Counted from the first letter of the stretch, positions 22,363-31,142 are shown. The stretch: 36,758 bases of DNA from Candidatus Yanofskybacteria bacterium (GCA_030688685.1 JAUYJF010000002.1:1-36758); one strand, 5' to 3'. Made by a program: numbers and translations. The notes: generated by a model from the letters alone, not told the origin.

Positions 22363-23463
22363 ATGAAGGACTACTATAAAATTCTTGGCGTTGCCAAAAA
22401 CGCCACAGACACCGATATTAAGAAGGCGTATCGCCGCCTTGCCCACAAGTATCACCCCGATAAAGGGGGAGACGCGCAGAAGTTCAATGAAATAAGCGAG
22501 GCCTATCAGGTGCTTTCCGATCAAGACAAGAGATCTCAGTACGACAAGTTCGGAAAAACCTTTGAAGGTCCGGGATTTCAGGGAGCAGGGCCCGGAGGGT
22601 TCCGCTGGGGATGGGGACAGCCCAGCTCAGACTTTGGGTTTGAAGAGGAAGGGGGCGCTTCCTTTGATTTCCAGGATCTCGGAGACATGTTTGAGGAATT
22701 TTTTGGCGGTGGCCACGTTCACAAGAATACCAAGAAAGGAAAAGATATTGAAATTGAACTCGAGATCTCTCTGGAAAAGGCATTCTCTGGCGGGGAAGAG
22801 AGAATCGTGCTCTCACACCTTCAGCAGTGCGCGAGATGCCAAGGAGTGGGGGCAGAGCCCGGCGCTCAGGTAAAAGAATGCCTCATGTGCCGCGGAAGCG
22901 GAGAAGTCCAGGAGATCAAACGCACCGTGTTTGGGTCTTTCACCAGAGTTTCCACATGCCCTTCGTGCGCCGGAGAAGGATTAACGCCAGAACGCCTGTG
23001 TAACGTATGCAAAGGAGAGGGGAGGATTCAGAATGAGGAGGAGGTGCTCGTTCGGATCCCCGCCGGCATTGATTCTCACCAGATTCTGCGCATGGAAGGA
23101 AAAGGAGACGCGGGAAGACGCAAAGGAAAAGCAGGGGATCTCTATGTCCGCATTCTGGTAAAGCCTCACGCGATATTCACGCGCAAAGGAGATGATGTAT
23201 CTGTAACCGTTCCTATTCTTTTGTCTCAAGCTGTATTGGGAGACGACATCCAGGTTCCCACAATTGATGGGCAAACCGTGCAGTTGAAGATTCCGGCGGG
23301 AACTGAGTCCGGGAAGGTGTTTCGCATTCCCGGAAAGGGAATTCCTCATTATGGATCCTGGGGGAACGGGAGCCTCCATGTCCGCGTGGAAATTCAGGTT
23401 CCCAAAAAGCTCACGAAAGAACAGAAGGATCTCTTGGATCGGTTGAAAAAGGAGGGATTGTAG
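22363..23463 (+). CDS. dnaJ: Chaperone DnaJ
   Basis: [13 protein letters not shown] region, four CxxCxGxG repeats; start at ATG 22363. Confidence 0.97.
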   Translation: MKDYYKILGVAKNATDTDIKKAYRRLAHKYHPDKGGDAQKFNEISEAYQVLSDQDKRSQYDKFGKTFEGPGFQGAGPGGFRWGWGQPSSDFGFEEEGGASFDFQDLGDMFEEFFGGGHVHKNTKKGKDIEIELEISLEKAFSGGEERIVLSHLQQCARCQGVGAEPGAQVKECLMCRGSGEVQEIKRTVFGSFTRVSTCPSCAGEGLTPERLCNVCKGEGRIQNEEEVLVRIPAGIDSHQILRMEGKGDAGRRKGKAGDLYVRILVKPHAIFTRKGDDVSVTVPILLSQAVLGDDIQVPTIDGQTVQLKIPAGTESGKVFRIPGKGIPHYGSWGNGSLHVRVEIQVPKKLTKEQKDLLDRLKKEGL

Positions 23464-23496
23464 GGTATAATCTCTATGCGCAGAGTATGTGCGCAT

Positions 23497-23570
23497 GCCT
23501 CGGTAGCTCAATTGGTAGAGCAGGTCCCTTTTAAGGACAAGGTTTGTGGGTTCGACCCCCACCCGGGGCA
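23497..23570 (+). tRNA. tRNA-Lys(UUU), CCA not encoded
   Basis: Acceptor GCCTCGG/CCGGGGC, D arm GCTC/GAGC, anticodon loop CTTTTAA (TTT at 23530-23532), T arm GTGGG-TTCGACC-CCCAC; TATAAT at 23466-23471. Confidence 0.93.
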
Positions 23571-23578
23571 CTCTCGTT

Positions 23579-24466
23579 ATGGAGAAGACCTCTCAGCAAC
23601 TGATTGATGAATGTCAAACTCTGAGACGGCGCGGCTTTACACTTGGGGAAATCATGAGAGCGACTGGTTTGCCCAGGACTACGGTGTACGGTTATATCTC
23701 TCGATTCCCTCTGTCTCCGGACATAAAGCAGCGGCTCATTAGGCAGCATACCGAAAGGATTAACGCGTTTAATCATGCGCAAAGGGGACACGCGCGGTCA
23801 GGAAGGAATTTCCGGAGACCTCAACAATGGTCCCGCGATTTGATCTTCTTGGTAGCTCACTTTATGTTTGATGGAAGAATATGTCATGAAGGTTGTCACT
23901 ATTACAACAGAAGCGATTTTCTTATACAGGAAATGCGAGAAAAATCGTTGAAGAATTTTAAACTAGAGTCAAAAATTGAGCTGCGAAAGGGTGGGGTGAA
24001 AGCTCTTAGCTACTACAACGTGGAGTTTGGAGAGTACATACGAGAGAAGGCCCTGGAGCTTCGTGTACACATCCGTTTGAGCTCCTTAGAAGAGAAACGT
24101 GTTTTTCTTCAATCCTTTTTTGATGACGAGGGAAATATAAGTTTCAATATCAAGAGAAGCAAAAGACAAGTGCGTGGGTTTCAGTACGACTTATCCCTTT
24201 TACGGATAGTACGGATACTTCTCATGGATTTTGGCATACCGAGTACAGTAGATGAGACATATAAGGAGATTATTATTTCCCGGAAAGGAAATCTCATGAA
24301 GTTTCGAGATTTCATAAATTTCTCTGAAGGAATATATATCAATCCCGAAAGAACGAATAGTATCTGGAAAAGGGAATTGTCAAAACGACAACTTCTCAAT
24401 ATGGCAATAGAGAGCTACCGCCCCTTGGGCGCGCCAGGAGTACACAAGAGCCCCCGTTTCTCATGA
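23579..24466 (+). CDS. Free-standing double-motif LAGLIDADG endonuclease-like protein with N-terminal HTH
   Basis: HTH TLGEIMRATGLPRTTVYGY; motif 1 FLVAHFMFDG; motif 2 FLQSFFDDEG; LLMDFGI and FRDFINF as in intein-type LAGLIDADG domains. Confidence 0.8.
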   Translation: MEKTSQQLIDECQTLRRRGFTLGEIMRATGLPRTTVYGYISRFPLSPDIKQRLIRQHTERINAFNHAQRGHARSGRNFRRPQQWSRDLIFLVAHFMFDGRICHEGCHYYNRSDFLIQEMREKSLKNFKLESKIELRKGGVKALSYYNVEFGEYIREKALELRVHIRLSSLEEKRVFLQSFFDDEGNISFNIKRSKRQVRGFQYDLSLLRIVRILLMDFGIPSTVDETYKEIIISRKGNLMKFRDFINFSEGIYINPERTNSIWKRELSKRQLLNMAIESYRPLGAPGVHKSPRFS

Positions 24467-24547
24467 GAAACCCCTAAATGGCATGAAGGCAGTGTCAATC
24501 AACATTTCAACGCAGAAATCTCCTGAAAAACAACATACAATGCAAAG

Positions 24548-24584
24548 TGAAAGGGCCTATGACTTTGTATCATAAGCCCTTTCA
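24548..24584 (-). terminator. Hairpin, probable terminator of the minus-strand GreA-domain gene
   Basis: TGAAAGGGC.TATGA/TCATA.GCCCTTTCA imperfect inverted repeat. Confidence 0.6.
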
Positions 24585-24595
24585 AAGAGCTGTTG

Positions 24596-24859
24596 TTATT
24601 CCGGCATCCACTCAACTACCTCCCTGACTCCGACTATTCTGCTTTTTCCATTTGGGAGGGTGAAGCTAACAATGTCACCCACCTTTTTCCCGCGAAGCGC
24701 CTTTCCCAGAGGGGATTGGTCGCTAATGCGGAAGACTCCATCATAGCTCCCGTCATTGACCATCACATAGCTGTCCTCCCTTTCTGTGGTCATGTCCACT
24801 ATTCTGAATTTCGTTCCAGGACCGATTGGAATCTTCAGGATCTTTGCGGCATTTCCCAT
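24596..24859 (-). CDS. GreA/GreB C-terminal-domain-only protein
   Basis: ISDQSPLGKALRGKKVGDIV..LPNG; AAGGAG SD (24865-24870); TTGTCC-17-TATGAT promoter upstream. Confidence 0.8.
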   Translation of the reverse strand: MGNAAKILKIPIGPGTKFRIVDMTTEREDSYVMVNDGSYDGVFRISDQSPLGKALRGKKVGDIVSFTLPNGKSRIVGVREVVEWMPE

Positions 24860-25011
24860 TACTTCTCCTTTCTTTCTGGGCATGTAGCAAGATGCCAATT
24901 TATCATATGAGAAAATGAAGAAAAGGACAAGACGAGCGCAAGAGTTGACATTTTGTTGATACTGTGGTAAATATACTTTGGTACTTATCTTAGAAAGAAT
25001 CGGAGGGAGAA

Positions 25012-25437
25012 ATGGAACTAATCCATTTTGTCGCGCAGTATTGGTGTGCTGTATGTTCTCGCCTCATTGGCGGGTACATACAGAGCACAATCCCGTTTGT
25101 AGTCAAGAACGCAGAGACGGACGGGGAGCGCAAAATCAGCTTCGGGGAGAGCAGTTTTATTTCCTTGAATACCTATTGCAAAGGTTGCGCATCTCTTCCG
25201 CCTTCGCGGGCGGTTGTGGTGTCATCAAGCTGCAAAGTTTGCAGTAAGGATACCACTTTCTCAGTGATTGATTCTCCTCTTATGCGGGTGCCTGAGGGAG
25301 AAGAGATACGAGTCCATGCTTCACAAAGATTGTTTCATGTATCTGCGATGTCTTGGTGTTCTCAGGAATGCCTTGACAAGCAGAGAGGAGACACAGAGAT
25401 TGAGGTACGGGACATGAATCCTTTACCTCCTCTGTGA
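25012..25437 (+). CDS. Hypothetical Cys-rich putative zinc-binding protein
   Basis: CAVC, CKGC, CKVC, CSQEC; GGAGG SD at 25002-25006; TTGACA at 24945. Confidence 0.7.
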   Translation: MELIHFVAQYWCAVCSRLIGGYIQSTIPFVVKNAETDGERKISFGESSFISLNTYCKGCASLPPSRAVVVSSSCKVCSKDTTFSVIDSPLMRVPEGEEIRVHASQRLFHVSAMSWCSQECLDKQRGDTEIEVRDMNPLPPL

Positions 25438-25452
25438 GAAGTATACTCAAAT

Positions 25453-25488
25453 AAAGTCGGTGGCTGAAAAGCTGCCGACTTTCCCTTT
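25453..25488 (+). terminator. Intrinsic terminator
   Basis: AAAGTCGGTGGC/GCTGCCGACTTT stem followed by pyrimidine tract. Confidence 0.7.
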
Positions 25489-25528
25489 CATGGGTTGAAG
25501 TTTTTGCGGCGTGTGCTAGAATGGCGCC

Positions 25529-26737
25529 ATGAGTACTGGCCAGAGAGGATCCTCTCTTTTCTTTATTGTAGGGGCCATAATCTTCGCATTTAGCGTTGGG
25601 TTCTTGGTGGGGGGAGGATTACAAAAAGAACAGTATGTCGCGGGACTCGTAAACATTGAACAAGGCAAACCTGGAGCGGTGGATTTTTCCATGTTCTGGG
25701 ATGCGTGGCGTGTTCTCCAGGAAAAGTACGCGGACGCGGATTCTCTGGATCTCCAGGCCATGGTACACGGTGCGATTTCCGGCATGGTGAAAAGCGTTGG
25801 GGATCCCTACACGGTGTTTATGGACCCAAAAGACACCAGGAAGTTCATGGAGGACATCGAAGGAACCTTTGAAGGCGTGGGGATGGAGATTGGCATACGG
25901 GACGGACTCTTGAAAGTGATCGCTCCCTTGGAACAAACTCCCGCCCAGAGAGCGGGTCTCAGGGCAGGGGACGCAATCTACGAGATTGACGGGGCAACCA
26001 CAAGGGATATGACCGTGGACAAAGCGGTCTCCTTGATCCGGGGCCCAAAAGGCTCTACCGTCACCTTTACGGTTTTCCGGGACGGATGGAGCGACACCCG
26101 GGAATTCACGATTGAGCGTGGCGTGATTGAGGTGCCTTCGCTCCGCTGGGAACTCAAAGAGGGAAATGTGGCATATGTGCGCCTGTTCCACTTTTCCAAG
26201 AAAGCATCCGCGGATTTTCGGAAAGCGGCCTCTGAAATCCTTGCTTCCTCGGCTGACCGTATTGTTCTGGATCTCAGAAATAACCCGGGAGGATATCTGG
26301 AAGTTTCTCAGGAGATCGCGGGATGGTTCTTGGAGCCGGGAGCTCTCGTGACGATTGAAGATTTCGGATCCCAAGAGAAAAAGAGGGAATACCGGGCCCA
26401 GGGAAACGGAAGATTGGCATCCTACCCCATTGTCGTGCTCATGAACGAGGGATCAGCTTCTGCTTCTGAGATTTTGGCAGGGGCTCTCCGCGACAATAGG
26501 GGAGCTCTCCTCATTGGAACGCAATCTTTTGGAAAAGGGTCAGTACAGGAGCTGGACCGTCTTCGGAACGGAGCCTCCTTGAAGGTGACGGTCGCAAACT
26601 GGCTTACTCCCAACGGGCACCATATTACGGGAATAGGGCTGGAGCCGGATATTCAGCTCAACCTAACCGCGGAGGATTTTGAGAAGAATCTTGACCCCCA
26701 GCTTGACAAGGCACTTGAAGTTGTAAAAGATGTATGA
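25529..26737 (+). CDS. ctpA: S41 family C-terminal processing protease
   Basis: DPYT, PDZ (GVGMEI), DLRNNPGG, SASASE, FGKGSVQ, DPQL. Confidence 0.93.
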   Translation: MSTGQRGSSLFFIVGAIIFAFSVGFLVGGGLQKEQYVAGLVNIEQGKPGAVDFSMFWDAWRVLQEKYADADSLDLQAMVHGAISGMVKSVGDPYTVFMDPKDTRKFMEDIEGTFEGVGMEIGIRDGLLKVIAPLEQTPAQRAGLRAGDAIYEIDGATTRDMTVDKAVSLIRGPKGSTVTFTVFRDGWSDTREFTIERGVIEVPSLRWELKEGNVAYVRLFHFSKKASADFRKAASEILASSADRIVLDLRNNPGGYLEVSQEIAGWFLEPGALVTIEDFGSQEKKREYRAQGNGRLASYPIVVLMNEGSASASEILAGALRDNRGALLIGTQSFGKGSVQELDRLRNGASLKVTVANWLTPNGHHITGIGLEPDIQLNLTAEDFEKNLDPQLDKALEVVKDV

Positions 26738-26767
26738 GAATATAGGTGCTAGATTGCGGAATACATT

Positions 26768-27214
26768 ATGAAAGTCATTCTTTTAAAGGACGTACAAAAT
26801 ATAGGCAAGCGTTTTGACATTAAGGAGGTGGCGGACGGACACGCGCGCAATTTTCTGATTCCCGAGGGTTTGGCCCGCCAGGCAACCAAGGACGCGGTCA
26901 AATGGGTGGAAGCGCAGAAGGAGCTTCTTACCAAACGAGCCGAGCAGGATCTCCAGAAATCCCAGGAAGTCGCTTCCCAGCTGGATGATCTTGAAGTTGT
27001 TCTCGCCGTGAAAGTGGGGGAGGAGGGACAATTATTTGAATCTATCACTGCCCAGAAGATCTCAGACCGTCTTCGGGAAATGAGCATTGACATAAAGAGG
27101 CACCAGATCAGATTGGATGCTCCAATCAAGGAAATTGGAGAATTCCCGGTCAAAGTGTCTCTGGACCACAACCTGGAAGCAACCATACGAGTAATCATCA
27201 GCGAGGCGGAGTAA
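26768..27214 (+). CDS. rplI: 50S ribosomal protein L9
   Basis: MKVILLKDV, VADGHARNFLIP, PIKEIG. Confidence 0.96.
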   Translation: MKVILLKDVQNIGKRFDIKEVADGHARNFLIPEGLARQATKDAVKWVEAQKELLTKRAEQDLQKSQEVASQLDDLEVVLAVKVGEEGQLFESITAQKISDRLREMSIDIKRHQIRLDAPIKEIGEFPVKVSLDHNLEATIRVIISEAE

Positions 27215-27246
27215 TTCTCCGTCTCTTGTTTATCCATTACGAAACA

Positions 27247-28893
27247 ATGACACGGTACATCTTTGTCGCGGGCGGAGTTATTTCTGGAGTAGGAAAGGGG
27301 GTGGCAACAGCTTCCATCGGCAAGATTCTCCAGAGCAAGGGATTTCAGGTTTCCGCCATGAAGATTGACCCGTATGTGAACGTGGACGCGGGAACTCTCA
27401 ACCCGTTAGAGCATGGAGAAGTATTTGTTACCAATGACGGAACGGAGTGCGACCAAGACGTCGGCAATTACGAGCGGTTCCTGAATCAGGATTTCAGCAC
27501 CGCGAATTATCTGACAACCGGCCGTGTATACCAGTCGGTTATTGCCAAAGAGCGCAATCTTGAGTACGGCGGCAAAACCGTGGAGGTTGGCCTCCATATC
27601 CCAGAGGAAGTCATCTCGCGCCTTCAGCTGGTCGCAGAGCATGATCACGCGGATTTTGTGCTGGTGGAAGTGGGAGGCACGGTGGGAGACTACCAGAACG
27701 TGCTGTTTCTGGAAGCGGCTCGTCTTTTAAAGCGGAGAATACAGGAGAATGTGCTCTTTGTGCTGGTTACCTATCTCCCGGTTCCCGGAAACCTGGGGGA
27801 AATGAAGACCAAACCCACCCAGCACGCGGTGCGCGCCCTGAATGCCGCCGGTATTCAGCCAGATTTCATCCTGGCGCGTTCAGCTTTTCTCGTGGATGAG
27901 CCCAGAAAGCGCAAGATTTCAGATTTTTGCAACGTAGATCCCCAAGACGTTATTTCCGCTCCTGACGTGGAATCTATTTATGAGATCCCGGTGAATCTGG
28001 AGGAGGAAGATTTGGGGAATCGCATTCTTGAGAAGTTCCACATCAAGCCCCGGGAAAAAGACCTCGCGGACTGGAGAAAGCTCGTGGAGGTTATTGGCAA
28101 GAAAGGGAAACCGGAAGTGCGGATTGGAATTGTGGGGAAATACTTTGAGATCGGGGACTTTACGCTCATGGATTCCTATCTCTCCGTCATTGAGGCTTGC
28201 AAGGCGGCTGCCTGGCGGTTTTCTTCAGAGCCAAAGATCACCTGGCTGTCCGCTGAACAATACGAGAAGAATCCCGAGCAGGTTCAGGAACTTGAACAAT
28301 ATGATGGTGTTATCGTGCCGGGAGGATTTGGCACCAGGGGAGTTGAAGGAAAAATCAAGGCGATTGAATACTGCCGCACCCGCCAGATTCCTTATTTTGG
28401 GTTGTGCCTTGGTCTTCAGCTTGCCATCATTGAATTTGCGAGAAACGTGTGCGGCGTCAAAGACGCCACTTCCCGTGAGTTTGACGCGGATGCCGAGAAT
28501 CCCGTTATTGATGTGATGGAAGAGCAGAAAGCGCTTCTTGCCGAAAAAAAATACGGAGCAACCATGCGCTTGGGAGCGTATGAAGCTGAACTCAAAAAAG
28601 ACACCATTGCGTATGGCGCCTATAAGACAACAAAGATTTCAGAGAGGCACAGGCACAGGTATGAGGTAGAGAATTCATACCGCGATCTTTTAGAGCAGCA
28701 CGGTTTTGTGATCTCAGGGGTAAACCCTCAGAGGAATCTCGTGGAAATTGGAGAACTTTCCAATCACCCATTTTTCCTGGGAACGCAGTTTCATCCGGAG
28801 CTTACATCCCGACCTCTTCAACCCCATCCGCTCTTTCTGGCTTTTCTGGAGGCCGCCATTAAGCGACGCGAGAAACAGGGTCAACGTGGATAA
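27247..28893 (+). CDS. pyrG: CTP synthase
   Basis: [44 protein letters not shown]. Confidence 0.97.
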   Translation: MTRYIFVAGGVISGVGKGVATASIGKILQSKGFQVSAMKIDPYVNVDAGTLNPLEHGEVFVTNDGTECDQDVGNYERFLNQDFSTANYLTTGRVYQSVIAKERNLEYGGKTVEVGLHIPEEVISRLQLVAEHDHADFVLVEVGGTVGDYQNVLFLEAARLLKRRIQENVLFVLVTYLPVPGNLGEMKTKPTQHAVRALNAAGIQPDFILARSAFLVDEPRKRKISDFCNVDPQDVISAPDVESIYEIPVNLEEEDLGNRILEKFHIKPREKDLADWRKLVEVIGKKGKPEVRIGIVGKYFEIGDFTLMDSYLSVIEACKAAAWRFSSEPKITWLSAEQYEKNPEQVQELEQYDGVIVPGGFGTRGVEGKIKAIEYCRTRQIPYFGLCLGLQLAIIEFARNVCGVKDATSREFDADAENPVIDVMEEQKALLAEKKYGATMRLGAYEAELKKDTIAYGAYKTTKISERHRHRYEVENSYRDLLEQHGFVISGVNPQRNLVEIGELSNHPFFLGTQFHPELTSRPLQPHPLFLAFLEAAIKRREKQGQRG

Positions 28894-29149
28894 TCTTGAG
28901 AATACGCTGCCTGTTGTTGAAATTCCGCTTGCGTTTTGTAGAGAATCGGACAACGCCATCGCGCAAGGCAAATAAGGTGTTGTCTCCGCCCTCTTTCACA
29001 TTGGATCCCGCGGCAAATTGAGTTCCCCGCTGGCGAATGAGAACCTGTCCAACTTTTGCCCTCTGGCCCGCGAACAGCTTAACTCCCAGATATTTTGGCT
29101 CAGAATCCCGCGCGTTCCTACTTGTACCTGCAGCTTTTGTTGTTGACAT
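28859..29149 (-). CDS. rpmA: 50S ribosomal protein L27
   Basis: [30 protein letters not shown]; start at ATG 29149. Confidence 0.93.
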   Translation of the reverse strand: MSTTKAAGTSRNARDSEPKYLGVKLFAGQRAKVGQVLIRQRGTQFAAGSNVKEGGDNTLFALRDGVVRFSTKRKRNFNNRQRILKIIHVDPVSRVA

Positions 29150-29157
29150 ACGAAAAT

Positions 29158-29186
29158 ATGGTAGCAAAACTCACGGAATTTGTCAA
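29158..29186 (-). promoter_or_regulatory. Promoter for rpmA, located inside the divergent ORF
   Basis: Minus strand TTGACA-17 nt-TACCAT with extended TG, 8 nt before the rpmA ATG. Confidence 0.65.
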
Positions 29187-29316
29187 AATACACAAAAGGG
29201 ATATCCTTCTCGGGTTGCTCGTGCTCTTGCTTTCTCTGCTGTCTTTTGGCATAGGATATCTGAAGGCCCGCGAGGACTTCAGACAGCCTCTTATTATTGA
29301 ACTGCCCCATGACTAA
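29158..29316 (+). CDS. Small single-TM hypothetical protein (52 aa)
   Basis: One TM ending SFGIGYL; stop overlaps the NUDIX start. Confidence 0.65.
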   Translation: MVAKLTEFVKIHKRDILLGLLVLLLSLLSFGIGYLKAREDFRQPLIIELPHD

Positions 29317-29821
29317 GAAATTCGCGTTCTTTCAGGTTTCCCTTAAAATTCTTCTTAAGAAAAAGAACGGAAAGGTGCTTTTGCTCAGGGCCAGAAAGGG
29401 GGACATTGATCTTCCCGGCGGGCGTATTGACTCTGGAGAAGAGAAGAAGTCCCTGGAAGAGATCGTGAAAAGAGAAGTCCAGGAAGAGCTTGGGGGAGAT
29501 ATCGTATTCAAGCTGGGACGGCCGCTGTTCCAGTACCGCATCTATATGCATCGGACAAAGACGTATGAATTTGTCGTGGTGTATGAGGCGCAGCATCTGG
29601 AAGGGAAGATTACGCTTTCTGAGGAGCACAAAGAATACCTTTGGATCCATCCCCGCGCGCTTACCCTCCTTCCGGCTGATTTTCGCGTCCAGGATCAGGA
29701 AAAGAGCGGAGCATTTCGCGCGTACTTTGATACTTGGAGGAGCTTGCGTTCTTTGCCAAACCCAGGAAGAGAAAAGACGCCTCCTACGCTTGCGCCTTTC
29801 CCCGTGCATGAGAAAGCTTGA
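29309..29821 (+). CDS. NUDIX hydrolase
   Basis: LPGGRIDSGE..REVQEELG Nudix box; LSEEH..Y.W. Confidence 0.9.
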   Translation: MTKKFAFFQVSLKILLKKKNGKVLLLRARKGDIDLPGGRIDSGEEKKSLEEIVKREVQEELGGDIVFKLGRPLFQYRIYMHRTKTYEFVVVYEAQHLEGKITLSEEHKEYLWIHPRALTLLPADFRVQDQEKSGAFRAYFDTWRSLRSLPNPGREKTPPTLAPFPVHEKA

Positions 29822-30191
29822 TCGTCCCATCCTTCTCACAGGATCTATCGTTCAAGGGAGGGGAAGCGGGATGCGGTTTCCCACTGCTACCCTTCAAACG
29901 GATACAGAACTTCCAGAACCCGGAGTGTATGTGTCTCGCGTGATCCTGCGCGACCGGGCAGAATGGTATGAAGGGGCAACGTCCGTAGGGGTTGCCTCCA
30001 CGGTGGGGGCGGTGAATCCTACGGTGGAAACGCATCTCTTTGATTTTACGGGAAATCTTGTGGGGGATCATGTGGAACTTGAGCTCCTCAGCTTTATTCG
30101 CCCAATGGAAACCTTTCGTTCCATGCGGGATATGGAGGAGGAGATTGAAAGGGATATCACGCTTGCGCGTGATTTCTTTCGTTCTGCCTAG
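29808..30191 (+). CDS. Monofunctional riboflavin kinase-like protein
   Basis: G.IVQG.G.G, FPTAT, GVY, VETHLFDF, FIRP..F; no adenylyltransferase domain. Confidence 0.85.
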   Translation: MRKLDRPILLTGSIVQGRGSGMRFPTATLQTDTELPEPGVYVSRVILRDRAEWYEGATSVGVASTVGAVNPTVETHLFDFTGNLVGDHVELELLSFIRPMETFRSMRDMEEEIERDITLARDFFRSA

Positions 30192-30236
30192 CGGAAGACG
30201 GGAATCCCGCCCCCTTAAGAGTCTTCGCGTCCAATT

Positions 30237-30542
30237 ATGGATCCGGTTCATGTCACGAAAAAAGAGATGAGCGGAGCAGAAGCTGTATGGGAGTTTGTGG
30301 TAGCTGTTGGCAGAGAAGACACCGATCTGATAGGATTTCTGGTATACTTGGAGAAAGCGTATTGGCAAGAGCTGACAAACGGGCTTCGTTCCCCAGAGGA
30401 GCTGGTAAAGAGCTCCTTTGAGTTTCTTCTCAAAAAAGAATCCAAATATCTGATTCTTCGTGAGTTTGATCTGCGGGATATCCAGGGCTTTTTCCCTGAG
30501 TATGAAGAGGAAATGAAGAAAATGTTGCATGTGCCTTCCTAA
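30237..30542 (+). CDS. Hypothetical protein
   Basis: Fills the gap on the operon strand; globular composition. Confidence 0.7.
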   Translation: MDPVHVTKKEMSGAEAVWEFVVAVGREDTDLIGFLVYLEKAYWQELTNGLRSPEELVKSSFEFLLKKESKYLILREFDLRDIQGFFPEYEEEMKKMLHVPS

Positions 30543-30575
30543 AAGGAACAAGGTCGCGCGAGAACAATAAACAAG

Positions 30576-30631
30576 TGATAATTGACAGTTGACGCGTACA
30601 CATAAAGTCAAAAGTCACCTGTCACAATTCA
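30576..30631. repeat. Inverted heptamer-periodic repeat
   Basis: TGATAAT TGACAGT TGACGCG facing AAAGTCA AAAGTCA CCTGTCA CAATTCA. Confidence 0.55.
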
Positions 30632-30647
30632 TTCGTCATCCAAAAAT

Positions 30648-30920
30648 ATGGCAGAACACGTTGTAAAAAAAGACGGAACCAAGGAACCCTTTGATGCGGC
30701 AAAGATTCGGCAGGCGATTACGCTCGCGGCTCAAGAGGCGGGAAAAGAAATAGATCAGCGGCTTATTGATAGGGTGACCCAGCCCGCCTTGAACTTCGCG
30801 GAAGACCGCCAAGAGGTGGCAACCAAGGAGTTGCGGGAGATTCTGTTGTCTGAGCTTGAAAAAGAAGCTCCGGAGATTGCGGCTGCTTGGCGGGCGCACG
30901 ACCAGAAAAAGGGGAAGTAG
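30648..30920 (+). CDS. Stand-alone ATP-cone domain protein
   Basis: VVKKDGTKEPFDAAKIRQAI..A, V.T.ELRE. Confidence 0.88.
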   Translation: MAEHVVKKDGTKEPFDAAKIRQAITLAAQEAGKEIDQRLIDRVTQPALNFAEDRQEVATKELREILLSELEKEAPEIAAAWRAHDQKKGK

Positions 30921-30934
30921 ACAAAGCGAGTTTT

Positions 30935-30973
30935 AAGAACAAGATGGTCCCGCGCCGTCTTGTTCTTTTTTTT
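30935..30973 (+). terminator. Intrinsic terminator
   Basis: AAGAACAAGATGG/CCGTCTTGTTCTT stem plus poly-T. Confidence 0.8.
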
Positions 30974-31042
30974 GTCATATTCTGGTCAAAGAAAGCGTCG
31001 CTATTAGTAGAAAGGTCTCAGGCGAGGATCCTCCATCTTCGT

Positions 31043-31138
31043 ATGCCCAAGAACATATTCACGCTTCTCTTCATTACGATTGTGCTCGCGGTGATTGCTG
31101 GAGTTGTGTTTGTGGTAACACGCCCCGGAATGGGGTGA
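31043..31138 (+). CDS. Small single-TM protein (31 aa)
   Basis: MPKNIFTLLFITIVLAVIAGVVFVVTRPGMG; CGTATG start context as in lysS and rpmA; ends 4 nt before the next ATG. Confidence 0.5.
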   Translation: MPKNIFTLLFITIVLAVIAGVVFVVTRPGMG

Positions 31139-31142
31139 ATGT

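Noticed and set aside
23546-23578. GTG start of the LAGLIDADG ORF inside the tRNA
   Set aside because: It lies in the T arm; ATG 23579 is the more plausible start
23570-25490. Integrative island at tRNA-Lys
   Set aside because: No integrase and no duplicated tRNA 3' end (att repeat) found by eye
29490-29807. Long upstream extension of the riboflavin kinase frame, considered as a bifunctional RibF or frameshift fusion
   Set aside because: Overlaps the NUDIX gene, has no HxGH adenylyltransferase motif and looks like a shadow frame
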